NCBI GenBank assembly: GCA_029248525.1
Contig: JAQWJE010000014.1
Coordinates: forward strand, 139,561-203,560
DNA from: Candidatus Binatia bacterium
GTDB taxonomy: Bacteria > Desulfobacterota > Binatia > UBA12015
Length of the DNA stretch: 64,000 nt
Direction of reading: 5' to 3'
In this document: piece by piece, positions 47,960-57,162 of the stretch
Position numbering within the stretch: position 1 is the stretch's first letter
How the letters are laid out: each line of letters begins with the position of its first letter
Notes under the pieces: generated by a model
What the model was told of the DNA's origin: nothing
Databases searched by the model: none
The model's input: only the letters and a program-made list of their open reading frames with translations
Position numbers and translations under genes: made by a program

Positions 47960-49356
47960 ACCTGAGGCTCCTCCGGAAGATCAATCAGGCCGTCGCCGGC
48001 CGGCGCAGCGTCGCCCTCGGCCGCCGAGAGTCCCGCGGCTTCCGCCTCCGCGGCCGCTGCTGCAGCAACTGCCGCGGCCTCCGCGGCCGCTTCGGCTGCG
48101 GCTGCTTCCTCGACCTTCTGTTCAGCGGCGCGGGTGATCGCTGCCTCCACGATGACGTATGCTCTCTCAGGACCAATGCCCTCGACCTCGGCAACTTCCG
48201 CAGCCTCCGTCTCGGCCACTTCCTGCACGGTCTTGAATCCGTGCTGCATCAACAGTTCGGCGGTCACGTCGCTCACGCCCTCGATCTGCATGAGAGCAGC
48301 CCGCGATTGCCGCACTTCCTCGTCAGCCTCGGACTCCCCGCGGACATCCAGACGCCAACTCGTCAGTCGCGACGCGAGGGTGACATTTTGCCCGCGCTTG
48401 CCGATAGCCAGCGAAAGCTGATCGTCCGGCACGATCACCTCCATGGAATGCTCGTCCTCATCCATGATGATCTTGGCTACCTTGGCCGGGGCGATCGCTC
48501 GGCAAACAAATTCCGCGGGGTCTGCCGTCCAGTGGACGATATCGATTTTCTCGCCACGCAGCTCCTGAACCACTGCCTGCACGCGTGTTCCGCGCATCCC
48601 CACACAAGCACCCACGGGGTCGACATCGCGATCGTGTGAGACGACCGCGATTTTGGCTCGGCCACCAGGTTCGCGGACGGCGGCCTTCACCTCCACGATC
48701 CCCTCGTAGATCTCGGGCACTTCCTGCCGGAACAACTCGATCAAAAGGTTCGGATGGGTGCGGCTGAGGACGATCTGCGGCCCCTTTGCCGTCAGGTCCA
48801 CATCGTAAATATAGGCGCGAATTCGATCGCTTTGCCGATAACGCTCCCTCGGGATCTGCTCGCGCTCCGGAAGGATGGCATCCGTCCGGCCGAGGTTGAC
48901 GATAATATTTCGGCGCTCGAACCGCTGCACGATACCCGAGAAGAGTTCGCCCTTCCGGTCCTTGAATTCGTTGTAGATAATTTCGCGCTCGGCGTCCCGG
49001 ACCTTCTGAATGATCGCCTGCTTGGCCGCCTGAGCCCCGATCCGACCAAACTCCTTCTGCGGCAGCTTCCCGAGGAATTCATCGCCGATTTCGGCTTCCG
49101 GGTCGTAGTCCGCGCGGGCCTGCTCGAGGGTAATTTCACTTTCGGGATCAGCGACGACGTCCACGACGCGCTTGATCTCGAACAGTTCAACTTCGCCGAT
49201 CTCGGCGTTGAACTGCGCCTCGATCTGCCGCTCGGCACCCAGCAACCGATGTGCAGCCTGAACCATGGCCTCTTCGATCGCGCCTACAATGACTTCGCGC
49301 TCGATCTGTTTTTCTCGGCTGACCTGATCGATGACCCGACTAAGCTGAAATTCCAT
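47956..49356 (-). CDS. nusA: Transcription termination/antitermination factor NusA
   Basis: The start was moved to MEFQLSRVIDQVSREK. S1/KH domains. The acidic Ala/Glu-rich C-terminal tail is AAAEAAAEAAAV. Confidence 0.9.
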   Translation of the reverse strand: MEFQLSRVIDQVSREKQIEREVIVGAIEEAMVQAAHRLLGAERQIEAQFNAEIGEVELFEIKRVVDVVADPESEITLEQARADYDPEAEIGDEFLGKLPQKEFGRIGAQAAKQAIIQKVRDAEREIIYNEFKDRKGELFSGIVQRFERRNIIVNLGRTDAILPEREQIPRERYRQSDRIRAYIYDVDLTAKGPQIVLSRTHPNLLIELFRQEVPEIYEGIVEVKAAVREPGGRAKIAVVSHDRDVDPVGACVGMRGTRVQAVVQELRGEKIDIVHWTADPAEFVCRAIAPAKVAKIIMDEDEHSMEVIVPDDQLSLAIGKRGQNVTLASRLTSWRLDVRGESEADEEVRQSRAALMQIEGVSDVTAELLMQHGFKTVQEVAETEAAEVAEVEGIGPERAYVIVEAAITRAAEQKVEEAAAAEAAAEAAAVAAAAAAEAEAAGLSAAEGDAAPAGDGLIDLPEEPQV

Positions 49357-49369
49357 TCTGCTTTCCCCC

Positions 49370-49882
49370 TCACGCCTCGTGGGCGTGCCTCTCCCGCAAA
49401 TCTCGATCGAAATCGTGCTCGTAATTCGCTTTTTCAATCGCCGTCAACGGGATGCGTACCGCCGGTCCCTTCGGGACAGCCAGCTCGAGACCATCCTGTC
49501 CCACCGCAACCAGCTCTCCGCGAAAGTTCCGCGAACCGTCGATGGGCTCGACCGTGCGCAAACGAATATTCATGCCCACATGAGCCTCAAAATCTGCCTG
49601 CCCCTTGAGCCTTCGATTCACGCCTGGCGACGAACATTCGAGCGAATAAACCCCCGGAACATCGTCGTGGGCATCCAGAACGGCTTCGATTTCATGACTC
49701 GCCCGAGCCAGCTCCTCGAGACCAATCCCACCGTCTCGATCGAGAAAAATCCTCAAGACAGAATGCTTTCCGGCGGATGCGAACTCCAAATCCACGAGAC
49801 GCAGCCCGAGATCTCCGGCGACCGGCTCGATCCTTTGCGTCATTCGGTTGATAAATTCGCTTTTGCTCATCTTCTTTTCCAC
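49370..49882 (-). CDS. rimP: Ribosome maturation factor RimP
   Basis: IEPVAGDLGLRLVDLEF...VLRIFLD. It lies upstream of nusA. Confidence 0.8.
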   Translation of the reverse strand: MEKKMSKSEFINRMTQRIEPVAGDLGLRLVDLEFASAGKHSVLRIFLDRDGGIGLEELARASHEIEAVLDAHDDVPGVYSLECSSPGVNRRLKGQADFEAHVGMNIRLRTVEPIDGSRNFRGELVAVGQDGLELAVPKGPAVRIPLTAIEKANYEHDFDRDLRERHAHEA

Positions 49883-49946
49883 GGGAGTTGCGACCCTTCC
49901 GGTCGCTCAACTTAGCCCTGACGGGACTTTTTCGTCCGTCGCGGAG

Positions 49947-49975
49947 AAAAAAAAAGTGGGCGAAGGCCCACTTTT
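49947..49975 (-). terminator. Intrinsic terminator hairpin (GTGGGC-gaag-GCCCAC) flanked by A9 and T4 runs; terminates greA, possibly bidirectional
   Basis: aaaaaaaaagtgggcgaaggcccactttt, read directly from the sequence. It is 80 bp past the greA stop. Confidence 0.55.
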
Positions 49976-50056
49976 CCCCGAATCCGGCCGATGTTGAAGA
50001 AAAACCTTCTAGCATGGGCCATTTTCACTCGCAATCCGGCGAGAACTTTGAAGAAA

Positions 50057-50533
50057 TTACTCGTCGACGAGTTCGTGATAGGTCGTCAATTCGAGAATTT
50101 CGAATTCCCGCTTGCCATCGGGAATATTCACCTTCACCTCATCGCCAACCTCGTGATTCAGCAAGGCCCGTCCAATCGGCGAACCGATCGAGATCTGCCC
50201 CTCGCTCCCATCCACTTCTTCGGGAAATACCACGCGAAATTCGACTTCGTCGCCCGAGCCTAGATCCTCGCATCGCACGATGCTGCCGTAGGAAACGCGC
50301 TCCCGCGGAAGTCGAGAAAGGGAATAGGCCGAAAGCTCGCTGACCCGGGCCTGAAGAGCTCCCAGGCGAGCTCGAACAATACCCTGACGGTCTTTCGCCG
50401 CGTCGTATTCCGCATTTTCCCGCAGGTCCCCATGCGCGCGCGCCTCTTCAAGGCGCTTCGGCAGGTCGTGGTTCATTTCGCGCTGCAATCCCGCAAGTTC
50501 CACTTTGAGCTTCGCCACGATTGGCAGTTCCAT
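50057..50533 (-). CDS. greA: Transcription elongation factor GreA
   Basis: 158 aa. N-terminal coiled coil. GDLRENAEYDAAKDRQ. Confidence 0.85.
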   Translation of the reverse strand: MELPIVAKLKVELAGLQREMNHDLPKRLEEARAHGDLRENAEYDAAKDRQGIVRARLGALQARVSELSAYSLSRLPRERVSYGSIVRCEDLGSGDEVEFRVVFPEEVDGSEGQISIGSPIGRALLNHEVGDEVKVNIPDGKREFEILELTTYHELVDE

Positions 50534-50843
50534 AATTAATCCAGCCCTGTTTTCTTCCTTGAAATGCGATCCCGAATCATCCGCCGGGCCACAAACCCTA
50601 CCGCGCGAGGTTATTCCCGCAGGCGGCTACTATAGGAGCTGGCCTCGTTCGAAAGCCACCGAAAGGAGTCCTCCGACCAGGGAAGCTCCCCCGTGAGATA
50701 CCAGTACATCAACATGGCCCCACAACCGACACCGAGAAGAAATCGTAGCATGATTCATTAATGTTCCGCAGAAATTGCTTCCACCACAATTGCGGAACCG
50801 ACCTCCCTTGCCCGACCGCACCGACGCGGCAAAATTCGCCCGA

Positions 50844-51563
50844 ATGATCCTGAACCTAGACGTTTTGACGCGGCTTCTCTACCCTTGCGCCTGCTACCTC
50901 TGTCGACGCCCCTTCCACGCCTCCCGAACACCCGATCTCTGCGGGGAATGCCGCAGCGGGTTGCGCGTTCGCCAAAACACCTGCTTCCATTGCGCGCGGC
51001 CAGCGGCGGCCGCCTCTTGCCACGAGTGCTTGGCCAACGCCCCCTCCTTCCAGCGGACCTATGCACTATGCCTCTACGGGGCCGGCCAACCCGGCCAAAT
51101 GGCCCTGAGACGCTGGAAAATCGGGGGCGAAATCAATCTGGGCCGGGCACTCGGTCGGGCCCTGGGCCGGCCGTTACGCCAGCAACTGGGCCCGATCGAC
51201 GGAATCGTCCCGATACCGGGCCGCCGAATCGCCTCGGCCTGGCGAGGCTTCGACACAGCGAATCTTCTGGCCGAGACTCTGTCACAGGTGCTACCGGAGT
51301 CTCCACCCGTCTTCCGCAATTTCGTCCGCCGGGTGCCCCATTGGCACTGGGGAGGAGCCGCGCGACGGCGACGCGCCCGAGGCCAGATGCGAAGTAGCCT
51401 TTATCGACCGGGACGCGGGAAAATCCCACAAGGCGCGCGACTTCTGCTGGTCGATGACATCATGACGACTCAGGCCAGCGCCCGTCGCTGCAGTGATTTG
51501 TTGCTCGAAGGCGGGGCGGCACGGGTCGAGGTCGCCGTCATCGGCAGGACGGCAAACTCCTGA
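50844..51563 (+). CDS. ComF/GntX family phosphoribosyltransferase-domain protein
   Basis: The start was moved to MILNLDVLTRLLYPCAC. N-terminal Cys4 (C.C...C..C) and C-terminal PRTase motif LLLVDDIMTTQAS. Confidence 0.65.
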   Translation: MILNLDVLTRLLYPCACYLCRRPFHASRTPDLCGECRSGLRVRQNTCFHCARPAAAASCHECLANAPSFQRTYALCLYGAGQPGQMALRRWKIGGEINLGRALGRALGRPLRQQLGPIDGIVPIPGRRIASAWRGFDTANLLAETLSQVLPESPPVFRNFVRRVPHWHWGGAARRRRARGQMRSSLYRPGRGKIPQGARLLLVDDIMTTQASARRCSDLLLEGGAARVEVAVIGRTANS

Positions 51564-51758
51564 ACTCGGGCCACCGCAACGTGCCATTGCGCCGGCCGAG
51601 TCCATCCCCAGGCCCGCGGAAAGGCTTCGGAAGCCATGTCTCCGAACGAGAATAAACCACGAAAATAGGCTCGAAGTCTTGAGTTTCTTCGGACGAGAAG
51701 AGAGAACATAGAGCCTGTCTCTGCCCCCGCAAAGGGCAAAGGCAACGCCACAGACCAA

Positions 51759-52364
51759 ATGAAACTCGGGGTACTCATATCCGGACGAGGTTCCAACCTT
51801 CGTTCCATCATCGACGCCGTACAGAAAGATCGGCTGAACGCGGAGATTGTAGCCGTACTGAGCAACCGATCCGACGTCGAAGGGCTCTCGCATGCAGCAG
51901 CCGCGGGTATTCCCTGCGCGGTATTCCCGCACGGCGACTTCCCCAATCGACAGACCTTTGAATCCGCGATCGTTGCGCACCTCAAGGATGCCGGTGCGGA
52001 TACGATTGCCCTCGCGGGCTTCGATCGTATCGTCACCTCCACGCTGCTGCGGGCGTTCCCCAATCGCGTGGTCAATATCCACCCGGCCCTCCTGCCAGCA
52101 TTCAAGGGACTCCACGCGCAAAAGCAGGCGCTGGAGCACGGCAACAAGATCACCGGGGTAACGGTGCATTTCGTCGACGAAGAAATGGACCACGGTCCCA
52201 TCATTGCGCAGGCTGCTGTTGCCATCGAGGACGGCGACACGGAATCGACGCTGGCCGCGCGAATCCTGCGCGAGGAACACCGCCTCTATCCGGAAGCTTT
52301 ACAGGCACTCGCCTCCGGGCAACTGCGCCTCGACGGCCGGACGGTACACGGAGGACCACAGTAG
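51759..52364 (+). CDS. purN: Phosphoribosylglycinamide formyltransferase
   Basis: MKLGVLISGRGSNL. Formyltransferase core with His/Asp (NIHPALLPAFKG). Confidence 0.85.
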   Translation: MKLGVLISGRGSNLRSIIDAVQKDRLNAEIVAVLSNRSDVEGLSHAAAAGIPCAVFPHGDFPNRQTFESAIVAHLKDAGADTIALAGFDRIVTSTLLRAFPNRVVNIHPALLPAFKGLHAQKQALEHGNKITGVTVHFVDEEMDHGPIIAQAAVAIEDGDTESTLAARILREEHRLYPEALQALASGQLRLDGRTVHGGPQ

Positions 52365-53849
52365 GTGAGCGCCTCCCCCGCAGATTCTGCCGCCAAACAG
52401 GCCCGGAGGCTTCGAGAAACCGGCTCGGTTCAAAAGCTGTTGGAGACCTACGGCTCGATCAAGTCGCCAGACGCCGCCTGGTCCGACCACGAATTGGTTC
52501 TCGAAGTCGCCCGCGCACATTCTCTGGCCGGCAACGAAAAAGAGGTCGAGCGGTTCTTTGCGCGCTGCGTGGAACTGAATCCCCGCAGGGCCGCCCTGTA
52601 CCACTGCCAGGTCGGATGGTTCTACCAACGCAGGAAACGCTGGGCGCGAGCCATTGATTGGTACGACTCCTCCCTCAAGACTTTCGGGAACTATCATTTA
52701 TGCCTCTTCCGACGCGGCTATTGTCTGGAAAGACTCCACCGGCCACAGGATGCAGCCGAATCCCTGCAGAGCGCGGTCTCCACTTACGAGAACAGTTCGC
52801 CCGAGCAGCAACAGCGCTCACGAGGCATCCAGATTCAGGCACTCTTTCATCTATCCCGCAATCTGCGCGAGATCGACAACCTCGACGGGGCCCGCAACGC
52901 GCTCGAGAGCTGCAGCAACCTCGACAATGGACCTGATATCATTATTCGCCACGAGCACCGCCTTGCGAGTCGCGCCGAAATCTCGATTTCCGAAGGCTTG
53001 CCCGAGGAAGCCTTGCGCGATCTGCACGCCGCCTGCGAACTCGATGGGAAGTCCCCGGTCATCTGGGAAAGACTTGGGCGGACCTACGCGGCGCTGGGAA
53101 ATACGGAGAGCGCCGAGGAAGCCCTCGTCCGCGCAACGAGCCTCCCCCGGGGCGCGGTCGCTCTTGTCACCTTGGCAAGATATTACCGACATGAACATCG
53201 CTACCTCGAGAGCGCCGAGAAGCTCGTCCTCGCGCTGCGGGAACACCCGCGAGGGGAGTTGCAAATCCGACTCGAAATGGCTCGTCTGCACCTCGACCTC
53301 GAGCGCCCCCAAGCCGCCCTCAACATCCTGAAGCGCCTGGCCGACGGCCGGGTGCCGCCCAAATCGACAATCGCCACCACCGTCCGAACAACGATGGCTG
53401 AAATCCACGCGGCTTCGGGCAGGCGAACTGCGGCCATCGAAGAGCTTCGCCTAGTCGTCGAGCAAAACCTCACCAACCAAAAACTGCAGGATAAATTCGA
53501 CGCACTGGTTTCTCTTCATGCCTCTGAGGGTGACGAACCTGCGGTCGAGGACGACGCTCCCCTGCCCAGCCGGGTAGAAGATATTCTCAAGGACAGCACT
53601 CCACGGAAGTTCGGAGAAGTCCTCTCCTACTTTCCCGATCGTGGATTCGGCTTTATCGCGCATGGACCCACCAAGGAAACCGTCTTTTTCCACGTCAGCC
53701 AATGCCCCGAGATGGAAGGCACATTGCCGGTACCCGGGATGAAGGTTTCCTTCACCATCGCCTCGAACCATCGCACCGGTAAGGAACAGGCGCAGGACGT
53801 CCTCCAAACAGAGGAACTTCTCGCCAACGCAGCTACCGTGAGCGGGTAG
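52365..53849 (+). CDS. TPR-repeat protein with C-terminal cold-shock (CSD) nucleic-acid-binding domain
   Basis: A GTG start immediately follows the purN stop (cagTAGgtg). The C-terminal FGEVLSYFPDRGFGFIAHGPTKETVFFHVSQ carries the CSD RNP1/RNP2 motifs. The N-terminal ~400 aa are helical and TPR-like. Confidence 0.6.
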   Translation: MSASPADSAAKQARRLRETGSVQKLLETYGSIKSPDAAWSDHELVLEVARAHSLAGNEKEVERFFARCVELNPRRAALYHCQVGWFYQRRKRWARAIDWYDSSLKTFGNYHLCLFRRGYCLERLHRPQDAAESLQSAVSTYENSSPEQQQRSRGIQIQALFHLSRNLREIDNLDGARNALESCSNLDNGPDIIIRHEHRLASRAEISISEGLPEEALRDLHAACELDGKSPVIWERLGRTYAALGNTESAEEALVRATSLPRGAVALVTLARYYRHEHRYLESAEKLVLALREHPRGELQIRLEMARLHLDLERPQAALNILKRLADGRVPPKSTIATTVRTTMAEIHAASGRRTAAIEELRLVVEQNLTNQKLQDKFDALVSLHASEGDEPAVEDDAPLPSRVEDILKDSTPRKFGEVLSYFPDRGFGFIAHGPTKETVFFHVSQCPEMEGTLPVPGMKVSFTIASNHRTGKEQAQDVLQTEELLANAATVSG

Positions 53850-53882
53850 CCCCGCCTGAACTCGCGCAGGAATCTCCGAGGC

Positions 53883-54614
53883 TTAGCGACCCCGAGCGTA
53901 GATTGCAGCGAGCCGGCCGGGCGACACGCCAATGGCATAGCCCAGCCGCAAGGCCCACATCAGAAGGATCGTCCGGAAGACGCCATTGCTCTCCCAGCGC
54001 CGAGAAGATGTCACAACACGCGACCGAAGGGCGGCACATTTCCCCTCGCGGCGAAGGCGGATCGATAGATCGACATCCTCCATCAAGGGCATCTCTCGAA
54101 AGCCGCGTATTTCCATGAACACCGACCGTCTTACAAAAATTGCCTGGTCGCCCGTCGAAATCCCGGTCAGACGCGAACGCCAATTCATCAGAAACTCGAC
54201 GAGTCGCAAGCGAGAATCTTCGCCGGAAAGGCGCACATCAAAACGGCCCCACGCCACTCGAGTGTCCTGCAGTGATTCACGAATCTGCGTTGCGAAGTTT
54301 TCCGGCAAGACGGTATCGGCATGAAGGAAGAGCAAGACCTCACCAGCCGTGGTGAAAGCACCCTCGTTCATTTGGCGCGCCCGCCCCGGCTGGGAGGAGA
54401 GCACTCGTGCCCCTGCTGCAGCGGCGATATCCCTTGTCGCATCCAGGCTCCCGCCATCAACCAGGACCAGTTCTCGTACCGCCGGGTCGGCAGCACTATG
54501 GATGGCAGGCGCCACCGAGCTTTTCTCATTCAATGCGGGGAGAATCACATCGAGAAACGGACCTCCCGGCAACTCTGCGATCGAGGCCGCCGAAGCTCCG
54601 GGCGAGCGACTCAA
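53883..54614 (-). CDS. Family 2 glycosyltransferase
   Basis: ILPALNE...LVLVDGGSLD...LFLHADTV. 243 aa. It overlaps pyrD by 4 nt. Confidence 0.65.
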   Translation of the reverse strand: MSRSPGASAASIAELPGGPFLDVILPALNEKSSVAPAIHSAADPAVRELVLVDGGSLDATRDIAAAAGARVLSSQPGRARQMNEGAFTTAGEVLLFLHADTVLPENFATQIRESLQDTRVAWGRFDVRLSGEDSRLRLVEFLMNWRSRLTGISTGDQAIFVRRSVFMEIRGFREMPLMEDVDLSIRLRREGKCAALRSRVVTSSRRWESNGVFRTILLMWALRLGYAIGVSPGRLAAIYARGR

Positions 54615-55708
54615 GGTGACTCGGGCTCCGCCTGCAGCGCCTGTCGCAGGCCGTCGAAATCACGCAACCCGCGAGATTCAATCTCCTGCAACAATCCGCG
54701 GTTGAGATCCGCTGCCAACAAGGGACCTTCGTAAATCAGCCCGCTGTACAAGGAGACCAGATCCGCACCTGCGGCGATTCGGGACAGAACGTCCTGAGTC
54801 GAGGAGAGACCTCCCACGCCGATAATCGGGACGTCAGGGCCGACGGCCGCCCGCAAAAGACGTACACATACATCGGCTCGCTGGCGCAGAGGAGCGCCAG
54901 AGAGGCCGCCCCCCTCCTGCCCGGCAGTGCCACGCAGACCCGGGCGCTCAATCGTTGTATTGGTAGCGATCAAACCACCAGCCCCCGCACCCAACGCGGC
55001 TTGCGCGATCGAGGCGAATTGATCATCGGGCAGATCAGGAGCCAACTTTACAAAAACAGGCGGCGCCGCCTGCTGTTCGCTCGCAGCCGTCATTACGGCA
55101 GCCACCAGCCGCGACAAACGCTCGGGGGCCTGTAGATCTCGCAGGCCTGGCGTATTGGGTGAACTCACATTGACCGCAATATAATCTGCGAAGCGTACGA
55201 GACAGCGCACCGAATGGGCAACGTCTTCGAGCTCGGCTGCCTCATCGCCCATCACCTTGCGGGAACAACCCACATTCATACCCAGAGGCGTCGGCCCGGG
55301 AGAAGCGAGGACGTCGGCAAGGCGAGCCGCCACGGCATCCGCACCTTCGTTATTGAAACCCAACCGATTAATCAGAGCCTTGGCCTCGGGGACACGAAAC
55401 ATTCGTGGCTTGGCGTTCCCGGATTGAGGGTGCGCGGTTACCGTTCCCATCTCTGCAAAACCGAAACCCAATGCGCCCCAGAGGTGCGGTGCAATTGCGT
55501 TCTTGTCGAACCCGGCGGCCAGACCAATCGGTCCGGGGAACCGCACCCCGAGAACCTCGCTCGAGAGTCGCGGGTCGATGGCCGGGCTCCCCGACGTGCG
55601 CAAAACACATTGCGCGGCGCGCGCCGCACCCAATGCGAGGTGATGCGCCCGCTCTTCGTCCACCAGAAAGAAGAGCGAGCGCAGGTAATCGTAACCAGGC
55701 AGACTCAA
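54611..55708 (-). CDS. pyrD: Dihydroorotate dehydrogenase (quinone), class 2
   Basis: N-terminal membrane-association helix, then FGFAEMGTVTAHPQSGN and the TIM-barrel core. 365 aa. Confidence 0.85.
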   Translation of the reverse strand: MSLPGYDYLRSLFFLVDEERAHHLALGAARAAQCVLRTSGSPAIDPRLSSEVLGVRFPGPIGLAAGFDKNAIAPHLWGALGFGFAEMGTVTAHPQSGNAKPRMFRVPEAKALINRLGFNNEGADAVAARLADVLASPGPTPLGMNVGCSRKVMGDEAAELEDVAHSVRCLVRFADYIAVNVSSPNTPGLRDLQAPERLSRLVAAVMTAASEQQAAPPVFVKLAPDLPDDQFASIAQAALGAGAGGLIATNTTIERPGLRGTAGQEGGGLSGAPLRQRADVCVRLLRAAVGPDVPIIGVGGLSSTQDVLSRIAAGADLVSLYSGLIYEGPLLAADLNRGLLQEIESRGLRDFDGLRQALQAEPESP

Positions 55709-55971
55709 GTCTTCTCCAACAAGGGATCCAACTCGCCGGCGCGCTCCAGTGCGGCCAATTCGTCGTAACCACCGATGGGGATTCCGGAGATGAAAATCTG
55801 CGGCACGGTCGAACGCCCCTCCGCCCTCGTGCGAAGCAACGCACGTTCACCCGGCTTGCCGGTGACGTCCACTTCCGTGAAAGAAACTCCTTTATCTGCC
55901 AAAAGATCCTTTGCAGCGTGGCAATAAGGGCAATAACCAGTCACGTATACGATCACTTCCGCCATCCCCAT
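55705..55971 (-). CDS. grxC: Glutaredoxin
   Basis: CPYC active site (VTGYCPYCHAAK). TVPQIF...GG motif. 88 aa. Confidence 0.8.
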   Translation of the reverse strand: MGMAEVIVYVTGYCPYCHAAKDLLADKGVSFTEVDVTGKPGERALLRTRAEGRSTVPQIFISGIPIGGYDELAALERAGELDPLLEKT

Positions 55972-56017
55972 TCGAGTAATGATTCAGGGGCCCGGCAGCA
56001 AATGGAGATAACCGGAC

Positions 56018-56827
56018 GTGCAGGCATTCGATGAATTAGTTCAACTTCTGGCGACCCTCCGTGCCCCCGGGGGCTGCCCTTGGGACCGCGAGCAGACCCA
56101 TCAAACGATTCGGCGCTACGCAATCGAGGAAGCCTTTGAGGTGGCCGAGGCAATCGACTCCGGCAATCCCGAGGAACTTCGGCTTGAGCTGGGAGATCTC
56201 CTGCTTCAGGTGGTTTTCCACGCCCAGATTGGCTCCGAATCCGGAAACTTTGATATCGAAAGCATTTGTCGGGGTGTGATCGAGAAGATGGAGCGGCGGC
56301 ATCCGCATGTTTTTGGCGACGTCGAGGTCGCCGATGCCGCTGCCGTTGCCCGAAATTGGGAGGAAATCAAAGCGGTGGAGCGCGGGAAATCGTCCTCCGT
56401 GCTCGATGGAGTGCCACGTGCACTGCCGGCGCTGCAGAGAGCCGAGCGAATCTCCGAGAAGGCCGCCAAGGGAGGCTATGATTGGAATCAGGCCGAGGAG
56501 GTTCTGCCCAAAATCGCCGAAGAAGCCTCGGAACTGACGGCCGCGATGGCGGCCGAGAATCCGGAGGAAATGTCTGCAGAATTTGGCGATTTGCTCTTTT
56601 CTCTGGTGAACTATGGGCGAAAGCTGGGCATCGACCCCGAGGAAGCCCTGACTCAAACCGTGCGGCGATTCGAGAGCCGATTCCGATTTGCCGAAGCCAG
56701 CGCTCGAGACTCCGGGACGAATCTGGGCGATCTGAGCGACCAGGAACGTGACGAACTTTGGGAATCGGCAAAACGCTCCACCACAACTACGCCTGGCACC
56801 ATTGACCCCAAAGCCCCTGAAGGCTAG
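56018..56827 (+). CDS. mazG: Nucleoside triphosphate pyrophosphohydrolase MazG
   Basis: CPWDREQTH...EEAFEVAEAI. Two MazG EExxE repeats. Confidence 0.8.
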   Translation: MQAFDELVQLLATLRAPGGCPWDREQTHQTIRRYAIEEAFEVAEAIDSGNPEELRLELGDLLLQVVFHAQIGSESGNFDIESICRGVIEKMERRHPHVFGDVEVADAAAVARNWEEIKAVERGKSSSVLDGVPRALPALQRAERISEKAAKGGYDWNQAEEVLPKIAEEASELTAAMAAENPEEMSAEFGDLLFSLVNYGRKLGIDPEEALTQTVRRFESRFRFAEASARDSGTNLGDLSDQERDELWESAKRSTTTTPGTIDPKAPEG

Positions 56828-56838
56828 GCATTTCCCCC

Positions 56839-57102
56839 ATGGCGAACCATCCTTCAGCCCTCAAGCGGCATCGGCAGTCCTTGAAGCGCGCAGACCGCAA
56901 CACAGCGATCCGCACCAATATGCGCAACTCAATCAAAAAGCTCCGGAGTCTCGTGGAAGCTGGCGACAAGCCCGCCGCCCAACTCCAGCTTCGAGAAGTC
57001 GAGAAAAAGCTCCAAAAGGCAGCGACCAAGGGTGTTCTTCACGCCAACGCAGCTTCCCGCCGCGTGTCCCGATTGACCCGCGCCGTGGGCGGTCTGGACT
57101 AG
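56839..57102 (+). CDS. rpsT: 30S ribosomal protein S20
   Basis: MANHPSALKRHRQSLKRADRN. 87 aa. Confidence 0.9.
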   Translation: MANHPSALKRHRQSLKRADRNTAIRTNMRNSIKKLRSLVEAGDKPAAQLQLREVEKKLQKAATKGVLHANAASRRVSRLTRAVGGLD

Positions 57103-57162
57103 GCAGAGTCGACCCTGCGGCGCCGCGCCCTCGGCTTCGCGCCCCGACTTCAGCTCCCGACT

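Noticed and set aside
51564-51758. Possible purine (ZTP/pfl) riboswitch upstream of purN.
   Set aside because: I could not find the conserved pfl pseudoknot elements (GGGUCGUGAC...CCGGGCGCCUGGG) in the 195-bp spacer.
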